A stretch of DNA of 64,000 nucleotides, from NCBI GenBank assembly GCA_951406725.2, contig OX597819.1:96658001-96722000 (forward strand), read 5' to 3'. Positions 39,388 through 52,445 of the stretch are shown one piece after another. The stretch's first letter is position 1. Every line of letters begins with the position of its first letter. This DNA is from Octopus vulgaris (Eukaryota). The notes beneath the pieces are model-generated. The model saw only the letters and a program-made list of their open reading frames with translations, did no database searches and had not been told where the DNA came from. Position numbers and translations under genes: made by a program.

Positions 39388-39622
39388 CTGTTGCTACGGA
39401 ATTTACAGATGTGGAAGAGGCGAAGAAAACAACCCACAGAAGCGTTAAAAAGCATCACTTCGTAAGAGTTCCACCACTGCTTCGAACAGTGGAAAACGCG
39501 TCTGAACCTATGTATTGCTTTAAATGAAGAATACTTTAAAGGTGATAAAAGTGTAAATATGTAAAATCGAGCGAATAAAATAATATTGCAAAATTCAGGT
39601 TTCTTTTGGGTACACACTAGTA
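39388..39622 (+). mobile_element. Mariner transposase C-terminus plus right TIR (decayed)
   Basis: FTDVEEAKKTT/TEALKSITS*EFHHCFEQWKTRLNLCIALNEEYFKGDK matches the mariner F..W..R...CI...GEYFEGD terminus. The element ends at TA. Confidence 0.9.
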
Positions 39623-39899
39623 TATGTATAATTAAGAAGCTACGCAAAATCTAAGCAATCACCTCAGTAGCACTTCATGCATATATATATATATATACAT
39701 ACATGCACACGCATACACACGCGCGCGCACGCACCACTACCCTTTATATATTATATATATGTGTGTGTGTGCATGTGTGTGTGCATGTGTGTGTGTAAAC
39801 ATATATGCTTGTATAATAGGTTTATGTAACTGATACACAAACATGCGTTTGAAATATATTGAATGATGGACTATGTCACTGTATGCAGACTCCACATCA

Positions 39900-40021
39900 T
39901 ATTTAATATTAATAGTAACTGAATACTTCAAAGTTCTACCGTTGAAACTGGCTTCTCACAGCCATTTTGAGAAGACAGTTTTAATGGCGAAACTTCGTTG
40001 AGTTACTATTAATATTAAATA
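39900..40021. repeat. 120-bp imperfect palindrome (mini-MITE-like)
   Basis: The outer 21 bp, tatttaatattaatagtaact/agttactattaatattaaata, pair perfectly; inner arms are aaactggcttctca/tgagaagacagttt. Confidence 0.8.
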
Positions 40022-40114
40022 TTAAATTATATGCCTGTATGTGTGAATGTTTATGTGGGCATGTTCATACAGGTATCTATTTACGCTTATATATTCGGAT
40101 ATATTCGTTATATG

Positions 40115-40168
<54 letters not shown>

Positions 40169-40183
40169 TGTATATATATATAT

Positions 40184-40316
<133 letters not shown>

Positions 40317-40469
40317 ATCATGGATGGAATAGATCATAACTCAAGTCAAGAAATATCTCAATGTTTTATAGATGCGGAGTCGTTATTTCTTTGATTTCTT
40401 TGTGTTTCAGTCTAGTCTTTGAAGAAATACATGGATGTATTGAAACAAATATATGGCATCACCTGGTTG

Positions 40470-40764
<295 letters not shown>

Positions 40765-42418
40765 CAGCAGGAACAAGAATAAAAGCGTGTCCATATATAT
40801 TTATTAACACACAGAGACAAAAACATGCATGCATATATACACACACAGACATGTATATACATACACATACATATATGTACACGAACATATCTACATCTAT
40901 TACACACGCTCTCTCTCTCTATATATATATATATACACACACCGACATAAAAATATACATATACACATGCATATATACACACATGCATACACACACTATC
41001 CTCGGGAGTAGTCTTTGAGGTCATGTTTTAGAATACCAAAGCCCATTCAAGTAGCGAGTTGTTTGCGGAAATGTATCTTGGTGTCGGTGGGTTGTCTGGT
41101 ATTTCTTAAAGGGATTTGCCTACACGACCCTTAAATGTCATGGGAACCCTTGCTTTGATTTCGGAATAAGACATGACCAGTTGAACCAGTTGAAAAAAAA
41201 TGTATCACAATGTTATGTGATGTGAACTCAAATTTTGTAGGGAGCGTATGACTAGAGAAAATGCGGTTTGATCCTTTTGAGACGATCCCTGTAGTCAACG
41301 CGTGTCATGTCAGTTATTCATTTTGAGCTCGTATGTGCATGTGTGTGTGTGATCAATCTCCGGTGTTTCAGTTTTCATAATGTTTTGTTTTGTGTGGGCA
41401 ACAATACACAATGTAAGACTTAGCAAACATAGAGAAGGACGATGGAAACAGAATATCTGAACTAGAAAGTTCTAAGAATCCACGGGCATAGTCCGCTGGC
41501 TGTATCGACTTTATTTTTGATGTGTGCACTCCAGTTTAGTTCATTGTTTACAGTTATACCTAATACTCTGATATTATTTTACGCTACAAGGAGTTCAGCC
41601 AGTGGAAGAGATTATGACTGCTCAAGTATATTCTTTTGTGTCAAAGCAGATGACCTCAAATTTTTCTTTGTTTAACAACATCGCTTTTTTTTTCCATCGA
41701 ATCACTGTGTATATATATCGAGTTGGTGATCTGCTCGTTCACGCATGCCTTAGATGACTTTCTGAAGTTTAGAGCCATCTGCAAAGATTTTTGTTTTTCT
41801 ATGTTTAATGATATTTCCAGTGTCATATATATAAAAATAATAAACAGAAATGGGCCAAACACTGCACCCTGGGGGACAACATTATTGTCTTCTGATGGTC
41901 TTGAATAAATTCCATCGATCAAAATATGATGGGTTCCGTTTGTCATGAAACCTTACTGCAATAGCTTACCACTAGCTCAAAGTTGGATAATTTCTCCAGC
42001 AAAATGTGGTTGACACCTGTCGAAAGCTTTACTGACGTTAAGATAAGTGACATCTGTGTTACAGCCTTCTCCCAGGGTATTTAGACTAACATCAAACAGG
42101 TGGAGAAGCTGTTATGCAGTCTGAGCTACCACGAAAACCAAACTGGTTGTGATTTTCTCAAAGAGAGTAGATAATTTTTCTCTCACCATTATCTCAAATA
42201 CTTTAATGATACGAGTGGTTGGTGAGGTTAAACGGTAATTCATTGCGAAAGACATATTTACCTTTTTAAAAATTGGGATGACAAACTGGGATAGATGTCC
42301 AGGAATAAAGCCTAAGTCAAGTGGATTCCTTCAGGTAATGCAAATTGATGTCTACATTCCTTCCTGATAATAGCTAGGCATTTGTCAGGAACAACTGCTG
42401 ATTGGGTTTAATTTTATT

Positions 42419-42638
42419 AATATTGGTTTCAAATTTTGGCACAATACCAGCAAATTCGGGGTAAGGGTGTAATTCGATTATATCGACACCAGTGATGAAC
42501 TGGTACGTATTTTATCGACTCCAAAATGACGAAAGGTAAAGTTGACCTCGGTGGAGTTGGAACTCAGAACATAAAGACGGACGAAGTACCGCTGAGCATT
42601 TTGTCAGGCATGCTAACGATCCTGCCAGCTTGCCGCCT
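42419..42638 (-). mobile_element. SINE family A, full length
   Basis: Complete head to tail on the minus strand; approximate TSD taattttattaat/taattttttaat. Confidence 0.9.
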
Positions 42639-42666
42639 ATAATTTTTTAATGTTAAACTTGTGCTT

Positions 42667-42884
42667 AAGGCGGCAAAATGGCAAAATCGTTAGAACACCG
42701 GGTAAAATGCTTAGCAGTATTTCGTACCTCTTTAAGTTCTGAGTTCAAATGCTGCCGGGGTCGACTTTGCCTTTTATCCTTTCGGTGTGAATAAAATAAA
42801 TACCACTTAAGTACTGGGATCGATGTAATCGACTTACCCCATACCCCGAACTTGCTGGCCTTGTCTTAAAATTTGAAACCAATA
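42667..42884 (+). mobile_element. SINE family A, full length, 13-bp TSD
   Basis: TSD ttaaacttgtgct at 42653-42665 and 42885-42897. Confidence 0.93.
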
Positions 42885-44059
42885 TTAAACTTGTGCTGGG
42901 GTGAGGTTAGCACATAGGTGACAGCGTCGTCACATAGCTGCCGAGCTATTTTTATTTCGGTGGAACTGAGAGTAAAGAATCAGCAAACAAGTTTTTGCTA
43001 GCATATAATCGCACTTCCGTTTGTCTCATGTATAGCCATGTTGTTAAGTGGGTACATTTTAGTCAGTAATTTTGGTTTCATTTAAAGATGTCGAAAGACA
43101 AGGCTACAAAAGCATCATATGGTCTGACAAGAGGGTTTTTTTCAACTGTGACATTACAAATTCTCCCGTAGTTGCTCAATATTACGTCCAAAACACTTGG
43201 CTCAATCACAAATTAATGAAAAGCGTCTTTCATAAAATTGAAAAGTGTCTCTATTGCTGCATTCTCCTAGGCTGAAATTCAAGATCTTGGTTTCAGGGTA
43301 TTCAAAGACCAATCCACAAATGGAAGGTTGAAGTCAGCCATCATTAATATGTTGCCAGATTTGCATTATTGGATGAACATTTTAATTTGTTAGAGACACT
43401 CTTGGAAGCATAGATGCTTAAGGAGATCTACAGAGCCCAGTTATTAGCAGGTCATTGATTTTATTGAATATGGGCACTGATCTGCTGTTGACATTGGAAA
43501 ATGCGTACTGTAATAAGGGGATCGTGGAGGAAAATAGCTCCTTTTCTTCTGCTTACACAATCCCTACAAATGACGGTAAAATTCTTTTGTCCTGAACATG
43601 TATGTAAATGGTTTTTGAGGTGGATCTCTGTTAGGATGAATAAAAAGATTTGATTTGGCAGATTGACAGCTCAGCCTTGAGTAGATGGGATGTTCCATTT
43701 TCGTGCATTGAAAAATGAGCTGATGGCTTGAGCATTTTGCAGGATTGTTGTTATTGAGATAAACACACATACATACACACAGATACCTACAAGGATAGAC
43801 ACACAAATGTAAACCCACACGTAATACATTGTGTTTTGAACATACATATAAGCCTACATATACAGACTCCTGAAAACATACCCACAATTCCAAGAGTGAA
43901 AAGGTAAAAACAAAATCTATCCATACATCCATACATACGCACACACAAACACACACAAATACAGTTACATGCATACACTTATTCATAATGTATATTCTGC
44001 ATACTTGTATGTATAACATATATACATACACAATTCTACTGTATATAACTTCATATATA

Positions 44060-44187
44060 CAAACGTACGTACAAACACATACATGCAGAGATACATATAA
44101 AAAATACATTCATACATATATATGAGTGTGTGAATATATATATACACATACATACACACACACGTATATATATATATATATATACAC

Positions 44188-44218
<31 letters not shown>

Positions 44219-44255
44219 CATACATAAATACATACATATTTACATGCATACATAC

Positions 44256-44299
<44 letters not shown>

Positions 44300-44450
44300 T
44301 CATACACATACATGTATATATATATGTATATAAATATATATATACATACATACATGTATATATATATATATATATACATACATACATACATACATAAATA
44401 AATACATACATATTTACATACATACATACATACATGCATGCATGCATATA
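44060..44450. repeat. (TA)n/(TACA)n microsatellite field
   Basis: Directly visible. Confidence 0.95.
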
Positions 44451-45297
44451 CAGAGATACAGGCATACACGTATTCGCGCGCCCGCACACTCACCACCACC
44501 ATCATCTCTACTAGCACCTTTGATTTTCCCCCTACCCATTTATCTATAGAAAAGACGTAAACTCGACGCGAAGACCTTGACCTAAATTCTTTCTCAATGG
44601 TATCTGGAGTGAACAGCGGGCCAACAACCGTTATGCGTGTGTGTGTGTGTGTGTGTGAGCGTCTGCTTGCAAGTACATGTGTGTCGGTATATTTGTAATA
44701 TCTATACATGTATATGAAGACACCGAGTATAGTTTGAAATACAAACACATGTACATGCGAGCAGACGCTTGTATCTATCTGTGTGAGTGTGTTTGTTTGT
44801 TAATGTGTTTCTCCGTAAGAAAAAATACGCTCACATTAGTACAGAAAAACCTGTGTGAATAAATGGGCACTTGCATATACACATATACATACCTGAATTT
44901 ATATATATATATATATGTAAATATATGTATGTATGTATGTATGTATATATATATATATATATATATAAGTGCATGCGTGCTAAGTCACAAAGTATGAGAG
45001 ATACAAGAGATTCAATCTGCTAATGGAAAATCTCACTAAGACAGCTCTTATGAAAATAGTTTATTTTCATAAAGCCCCGATGTAGCTAGCAACGTTTCAA
45101 GTCTTACCGTAGATTTTTAATTCAAAGTCTAAGTAGACCAATCATACAAAAGGCAATACACATTGCGATGAATTTTAAAATGTAAAGTAAAAATGTATTA
45201 ATGTTCATAACATCCCCGTATATGTATGTGTGTGTGTGTGTGTCTGTCTGTATGTATGTGTGTATGTGTGTGTATGTGTATATATGTATTTATATAA

Positions 45298-45336
<39 letters not shown>

Positions 45337-45337
<1 letters not shown>

Positions 45338-45720
45338 TAGCAGAGATACCCGGCGTTGCCCGGTTACATTCACTTGAAGAATTAGACTTTTCTGTTATAT
45401 TTTCTGTAATGAACTGGAATATCTGTTTCGAATTTCATCAAAATTGCAGATGAGGGTTATTTCCCTTTTTACACACCCTAAAAAAATTGTAATCGTGCCA
45501 CATGTATCCCATACTACTGATTTTTATGCGCATATTCCAAAATTCCAGTCTTATTGAACCTGTTAAAAAGATTTTGCTCCTGAAAAATGAAGGTCATGGA
45601 GCTCTAAAATGTGAGAGTTTAAGCCCCTGTTTGGGGTGGGCATCTTAATGTCAACCAGAGAAGTTGAATTGTTGAAAATCTTTTTAACTTGGGTATTTTG
45701 GTGTTTTGGTGGTGCTGAAG
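45337..45720 (-). mobile_element. Helitron 3' terminus and adjacent body
   Basis: Minus strand reads ccgggcaacgccgggtatctctgCTAG|t: a GC-rich hairpin just before CTAG followed by T. The distal boundary is uncertain. Confidence 0.7.
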
Positions 45721-45748
45721 TTATTGTAGTATTTTAGTCTAGTTTTGA

Positions 45749-45930
45749 AGGCGGCAAGCTAGCAGAATCGTTAGCTCTCCGGGCGAAATGATTAGCGGTA
45801 TTTCGTCTGCCGCTACGTTCTGAGTTCAAATTCCGCCGGGGTCGACTTTGCCTTTCATCCTCTCAGGGTCGATTAAGTAAGTACCAGTTTCGCACTGGGG
45901 ACGATGTAATCGACTTAATCCCTTCCCCCA
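45749..45930 (+). mobile_element. SINE family A, low divergence, lacking tail
   Basis: ggcggcaagctagcagaatcgttagc..gtcgactttgcctttcatcc..gatgtaatcgacttaatccc. Confidence 0.9.
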
Positions 45931-46067
45931 CATTTGAGGCGGAGTGAGTGGGGAAGCAAATTCAAGGATGCCCCCGGAGTAGTACTCACTCAAGCTAGGC
46001 CACTGGTTGTAGGGTGGTGATATAGTGTTGAAGAATTGTAGTGTGAAAATGGCTCTATATGACGTGG

Positions 46068-46130
<63 letters not shown>

Positions 46131-46234
46131 TTGTGTGTGTGTGTGCGTGCGTGCGTGTGCCTGTTTGTCGTGGAAAAGATGCACTATAGCGGCGTTGCTG
46201 TGTGGTGGTATGTTGTAGAAAAAAATGTATGTTA

Positions 46235-46440
46235 TTGCTGCTTACGGCAGGTCAGCCTTGATCCAGCAGACTTATGATCAAATGTGTCCCAAACAGGACA
46301 AACCTGTCTTCTTCATGTTATCACGCCATACATTATCGAATGTGAATTCCCTCATTTCTAGGAGGCAGCATGTGACTTGAGAGTCACTTGACTGTTGTTT
46401 CTGGCTGTTCGACTGACGACCTAGAAGCTCTCGTGACCTG
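46235..46440 (-). mobile_element. Family E element
   Basis: caggtcagccttgatccagcagacttatgatcaaa..tacattatcgaatgtg..ttgactgttgtttctggc. Confidence 0.65.
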
Positions 46441-46817
46441 GTGTGTGGCAGTGTTGCATTTCATTGTTTGTTGTTGTTGTCTCTATGCCTACTGCGGCGA
46501 TCACTGCAACTAGCGCTGTTACTGCCACTGCTGATGCCCTCAGACGTTTTTACCGCTCTTACTACCTCTCTTGCTACCGCTCTTGTTGCCGCTGCTATTT
46601 AGTTCCAGGTATATGAACATATAGTTCCAGATGTATCAACATATGTATGTAGCAATATGAGATGAATTACTTGCTCGCTTTCCCTCTTACCATCTCATTT
46701 AACGCTCACTCAGAGGGGTGTCTACTATCATATACATACTCACATACACATACACATGCATGTATACACATACATATTCTATACATACATACATACATAC
46801 ATACATACATACATACA

Positions 46818-46848
<31 letters not shown>

Positions 46849-46975
46849 GCGGGTGGATGTGGAGGGAGGTTGTTTATGTTTTCGTGCTAGCATTTGTATG
46901 TGCATCTGTCTGTATGCCTGCGCGCCTGTGTAAACACATACATATATATTATGTGTACACACACACGCGCACACG

Positions 46976-47025
<50 letters not shown>

Positions 47026-47449
47026 TATATATATATATATATATATATAAAACTGGCTACACAGCATCAAAGCATAGCTAAAATATTCAGGCAGAAATAA
47101 CAAATACTGTATTTCCTTCGCAAAATTTTCAGTGACATTCTTCGTTGAAAATGTTTTATTTATATAATCACGGCAGTTGACTTCTTAATTTACCAAATTC
47201 TTGGCGAAAGAAGATGTAAGAGAGTCGAACAACAAATAGATTGCTTGGTTGTCTGAGAAATATCACTAACAAAACAATAGTCAGTCACCCGCTTACCCTG
47301 TATTTGTTATTCGTACAATTTGCCTTGTTTATCACATATTTCTCTGAATGCCTGCTTTATCAGAAGTACATATCCTGCCTATTAATATGATTAATCCAAA
47401 CCATCATTCAACAACTGGAGAATTTTACACTGTTTTACAAAAGTTAAAT

Positions 47450-47790
47450 ACCACACGTATGAATCATAACCTTATTACCATATAACCAAATCCTTCACAA
47501 CTTATCAATCACCTCACGTCAATCACAAACAATTATTCACAACCTATGATTCGCAAACAATTAATCGCCTCCTATCAATCACAAACAATTATTCACAACC
47601 TATGATTCGCAAACAATTAATCGCCTCCTATCAATCACAAACAATTATTCACAACCTATGATTCGCAAACAATTAATCGCCTCCTATCAATCACAAACAA
47701 TTATTCACAACTTATGCTTTGCGAACAATCAATCACAACCAATAATTACAATATATCACACATAAATCACAACGTATAGATCAAATATAA
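47450..47790. repeat. Minisatellite of 14-bp monomers with three identical 56-bp higher-order units (47539-47706)
   Basis: Unit acaacctatgattc-gcaaacaattaatc-gcctcctatcaatc-acaaacaattattc occurs three times, flanked by degenerate monomers. Confidence 0.95.
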
Positions 47791-48865
47791 TCATGCACTA
47801 CTCTTTTTCTTGTTGAGTTAACGAAACTTTCTGTGTAACCAACTAAATATAGCAACCAAATATCTCTTAAATTACTCACTGACGTCCTATATCAGGAAAA
47901 ACACCACATTTGATTCTTTTAGTCTGGGACACTGCTACATGAAATGATCACAGCTGAAATGGCTTTGAGTCAAATCCATTCAGCGTTTTTCTAGGGTTAA
48001 AAGGCATCAACTTTTTCTCGTTTAAAATTACAGAAAACTTACATTAAGTTGCTCAGTCTGTTAGAATTATCAATCAAATATTGCCCCAAATTTCATCCTA
48101 CCATCTTAAAAAAAATGACACATGGATAATTCAGTCTTCAATAAACTGCCCAATTTATATAAAAATCCTGTTGATATGAGAATAAGGAACTCGTGTTGAA
48201 CCCTGAAGAAGGAACTCCTGCTGAACCGTGGAGTATGAGTACTTTAGAACAAATAACTCCAAGTGTTTTATGGAGTGTGGGGTAATATAAAACAAACAAA
48301 CTAATTCTGGTGAACTGTGGCTCAGACACGAATTTCACAATTGATCCATTTCACTTTAAGTATTTCCTACACCTGAAGTTTCAAGCAGTATCATTCATTT
48401 AGCAGCATGTCCTTAATACATATGACCAGCAACTCTTCACCTAAGATCGATCCAGTGACACACAACGGGTATAAGAAAATTTAGAAAGTGCATATACAAA
48501 AAGTTGTCTTGTTGATTACAAATAATATCTAACCATCATCTGATCGATCGTTTCTCTACTTCTGTAATAGTTGTGTAAAACTTACCTGCTTGTATACAAG
48601 GAAAGATTTTATAAAAGGTTGTGGTTTGTGCATTTAATAGCTTCTTAAATTTCTGAGACAAACAAAATAAAGAAAATGTTCTGGTCTTTCGATTTTTGTA
48701 AGTTTAATTGGTGAGTAATCGATCAAGAGTTCTTACTCAATCTGAATACTCTTGAGTGAGATGAAGTTTCTGATACTCCAATGTTTCATTTATATATAGA
48801 TACTTCCAGATTCTACACCATCAAATCCTTAGTCATGAGTATCAGAGAAAAAGTGAAGTTGCTAT

Positions 48866-49335
48866 GCGTACTGGGATCGATCTAATCGACTGGTTCCCTC
48901 CCCAAAAATTTCGGGCTTTGTGCCTAGAGTAGAAAAGAATATATAACAACCCTTAAGTAGGCGAGCTGGCAGAAACCTTAGCAAACCGAGTGAAATGCTT
49001 AGCGGTATTTAGTCTGCCGTTACGTTCTGAGTTCAAATTTCGCCAAGGTCGACTTTACCTTTCAGCCTTTCGGGGTCGATAAATTAAGTACCAGTTACGC
49101 ACTGGGGTCGATATAATCGACTTAATCCGTGTGTCTGTTCTTGTTTGTACTCTCTGTGTTTAGCCCCTTGTGGGTAGTAAAGAAATAGGTATTTCGTCTG
49201 TCTTTATGCTCTGAGTTCAAATTCCGCCAAGTTGACTTTGCTTTTCATCCTTTCGGGGTCGATAAATTAAGTACCAGTTGTATACTAGAGTCAATCTAAC
49301 CGACTGGGCTCCTCCCCCAAAATTTCGGGTCTTGT
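48866..49335 (+). mobile_element. SINE family A cluster: 3' fragment plus dimeric copy
   Basis: 48866-48940 is a tail fragment. 48958-49188 is a monomer with an alternative tail. 49189-49335 is a headless monomer ending ttgtgcctagagtagaaaagaat, like the first fragment. Confidence 0.88.
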
Positions 49336-49374
49336 GCCTAGAGTAGAAAAGAATAAGATAATATGGTTCATAAT

Positions 49375-49860
49375 ATGGTCACTTTATTCGACCTGCTAAA
49401 AGCAGCACCAAATCACTTACAAGATACCGAATAGCCTAAAAACGAAGGTCAGTTTGGATAATGTAATGAAAGGTTGGCTTTGAGAAGACATAAAGACAGG
49501 ATTATCGTCAGTAGATCGTGTTTGATCATAGTTCCGCTGAACCTGGGTTGACCTGGGGTTAAACGACAATAGCAATCAATCAGCGGGTATAAATGCTAGA
49601 AGTATCTGGTGATGAAGCTGATACATGATCCAACCAACTAAGAACCTTTTAGACAAACACTCCATTTACATAAAATAGCAGCCAAATAGCCCTTCAAACG
49701 ATACCTTAAATCTTGTAAAAAGGACAGATGCATCATAATAATGTAGGCGAAGATATATTATATCTGAAATGTAGGCGAATGATCAGATCAGGAATAATTT
49801 TGATCATAGGTCTACAGGATCGAGAGTGACTCAGGGTTAAACAACAACAACAACAACAGT
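49375..49860 (+). mobile_element. Two tandem family E copies
   Basis: Both contain tttgatcata and end in gggttaaac followed by an (AAC)-like tail (about 49570 and 49860). Confidence 0.7.
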
Positions 49861-50319
49861 AACAATTTTTTACCAGTGTTGAATGAAAGGTTTGCCAGTC
49901 AGAAACATAGACGGTTCTTTGATGTAGTTTGTCTATATCTGCGTGCGCGTGTGTGTGTGCTTGTACGCGCGTGTTTGTGCGTGAGTACGTTTGCGTATGT
50001 GCGCGTGTATTCAACATCTCACATTATTCTTTCATTGCATGCGTGTGTATATATTCATAATTACATAAAGCGATATATACATACATGCATATGTGTGTCG
50101 GTATGTGTATACATATGTACATATAAACATATATGCACATACACACACACACATATATATATATACACACATACATATATGTATATAGATATTGGTGAAA
50201 GTATGTGTATGTGTCTGTATATATATATCTGTGTGTTTGTCTCTGTGTGTTTGTATGTAAATATCAGTGAAAGTATTATATATATATATTTATATATTTA
50301 TATATTTATATATTTATAT

Positions 50320-50358
<39 letters not shown>

Positions 50359-50649
50359 TACATATGTGCATATGTATGAGTGTATGTATGTCTCTGTGTA
50401 GAAGAGCATATGTGTGTATATATATATGTGTGTGTGTGCGCGTGAAACAGCGTGAGTGAGAGGGTTCCTGTATGAATATGTTTGTCATACTCTGCACATA
50501 TCTATATATATGTATGCATGTATATTAATACTTATTGTCTGGTTAAATTGCTGGTAGCGTAAAGATGAAATATTTGGACATCTAAGAAGTGTTTCTTTGA
50601 TTTCCTAGCAAGTAAAGAAACACTATGAGTGTTATATAATCTATAAACT

Positions 50650-50960
50650 TCATCTCAGAGCGAAACTTTGTGTTATCTCCACAATATTAGCAGGTCATTG
50701 ATTGTATTTAGTTGAAGAGCAAACCACATACTAGGTCTTTTGTAGTTCTCAGACAGTTTTACCGTGCATATCACAGTTCTCCACATCCTCAATATTGCGC
50801 TGTTTTCTGTGTGATAAACGCGCCACCTTTATACATAGAATATCATAGCATTCAACAGCTCCCAATATTGTACCATCTGTGTAGCACATCTGAGCAGACG
50901 AGCTTTCCCCCACGCGTTCACGCAGAATAGGTTTGGCTCTCCACAAATCTATATTACGTT
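50650..50960 (-). mobile_element. Possible old RTE-like LINE 3' remnant
   Basis: Weak resemblance to the RTE C-terminal VLHG.ETW..MLR.M region. Confidence 0.25.
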
Positions 50961-51329
50961 GTCTGTGTGTTGTTACGTTCGTTCGAAGGACCCTGTTGCA
51001 AATATCTATACTGATATCATCTATATTTATCAGTTATTCAAATATGAATTACAATGGTGAAAAAAGAATGTAAAAGAAGTTGTCTTTACTCTTGAGCATC
51101 AGAGCAAAAATGAAGTTGCTAGTTATGGGCGTCACTAAAATCGCGATGGTATCATTTCATTCGATCCGCTAGAAACAGCAGAGACATCCCCCTTAAGACA
51201 TACTCGAATATCCTAAACAAGGGAATGCCATTATGGAAAATGTAGTCAGAAGTTGACTGTTATTAGCTATAAAGTCATGATTGTCATGACTGGTTTGTCT
51301 ACTCAACCTCGGTTAACTAAGGCTTGGCC

Positions 51330-51725
51330 CTGTTGTAAGAAGTTTGCTTCCCAACACTATGGTTTTGGTTTCCGTCCCAATGCGTGACAATTTGAGCAAG
51401 TGTTTTCTATTGTAGCCTCGGGTCGACTAAAGCCTTGTGAAATGGATTTGGTAAACGGAAACTGGAAGAAGCCCGTCGTATATATATAGATATGTGTGTG
51501 TGTTTTTGTTTGTGTGTTTGTGTCTGTTAGTACCCCACCACCGCCTGATAATTGGTGTTGGTATGTCCCCGCATCTTAACGGTTCGGCAAAAGAAACCGA
51601 TAGAATAAGTACCAGGCTTAAAAGAAAATATGAAAACCGAGGTCAATTCATTCGACTAAAATTTCATCAAGGCTATGCCCCAGCGTGGCCGCAGTCTAAT
51701 GACTGAAACAAGTAAAAAGAAAAGA
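51330..51725 (+). mobile_element. SINE family B
   Basis: gtaagaagtttgcttccc..gaagcccgtcg, short microsatellite, cggttcggcaaaagaaaccgatagaataagtacc..atgactgaaacaagtaaaa. Confidence 0.9.
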
Positions 51726-52445
51726 AGATAAAAGAAGATTTGTCTCAACGATATGTCAGCCTATAAAAATCTATGGTATATCCGATTTGGAAGGAAAGCA
51801 ACGAGAGCCAGTGTTTGATGACAAGAGATGTATCAGCGTGGCGATGGAGCCAATATAATCGACTTACCTCTTCCACTAAGGTTGCTGGTCAAAATTTGAA
51901 ACCATTATTTCAATAAGGGGAGACAATCTGGAAATGATTTAACATCATTTTCGCTTCGTCAGTGAAGTATAGCCTTTAATATACTTGCTGAAAAGAGAAG
52001 CGAAAATGCCTCAGCAAATGTAACTGATCGTATAGTAGTTGACTGGAAAGGTGAATGGAATTACACAGATAATATATATACATTAATTTTTGTAATAATC
52101 TATTTTAGACATATCAAGAGTTCTCAAACCTATGCACAAAGGAAAAAAAGAAAAAGGAAAATTATTATATCAAATTAAGCAGTAGTGAGGGTTAACGATA
52201 TTTTAGAGAATATTTGAAGTAATTTAATGGTATCGTCAGTAACATCATCGCTTTTTTTTTTCATTGTTATTGTTATAGACGAAGCTATCACCTGATTCAC
52301 TAATGGAGAAAAAAGTGGTAAAATATGAGAACGTCTCTTCCCACATATATGAGACTGATGTATGCTACATTTATAGATGAAAGCGGGGGTGGAGTCTTAT
52401 CAGTATGATATGCAAAGCATTTATAGATGTTGGCAAATAATATTC

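Larger units (their letters stand above)
41040..43750 (-). mobile_element. Decayed CR1/L2-like LINE ORF2 (endonuclease plus RT), interrupted by two SINEs
   Basis: NILMMADFNLPFVDW (APE GDFN motif), VIPIFKKG..NYR, IIKVFE, NQFGFR, DVTYLNVSKAFDR and VPQGAVFGPFLFIIFI in the expected order. Confidence 0.88.

Noticed and set aside
47539-47706. CRISPR-like reading of the 56-bp repeat
   Set aside because: Units are identical and contiguous, with no spacers.
48140-48830. Possible Penelope RT N-terminal remnant (LYYPTLHK)
   Set aside because: A single weak motif that cannot be supported without an alignment.
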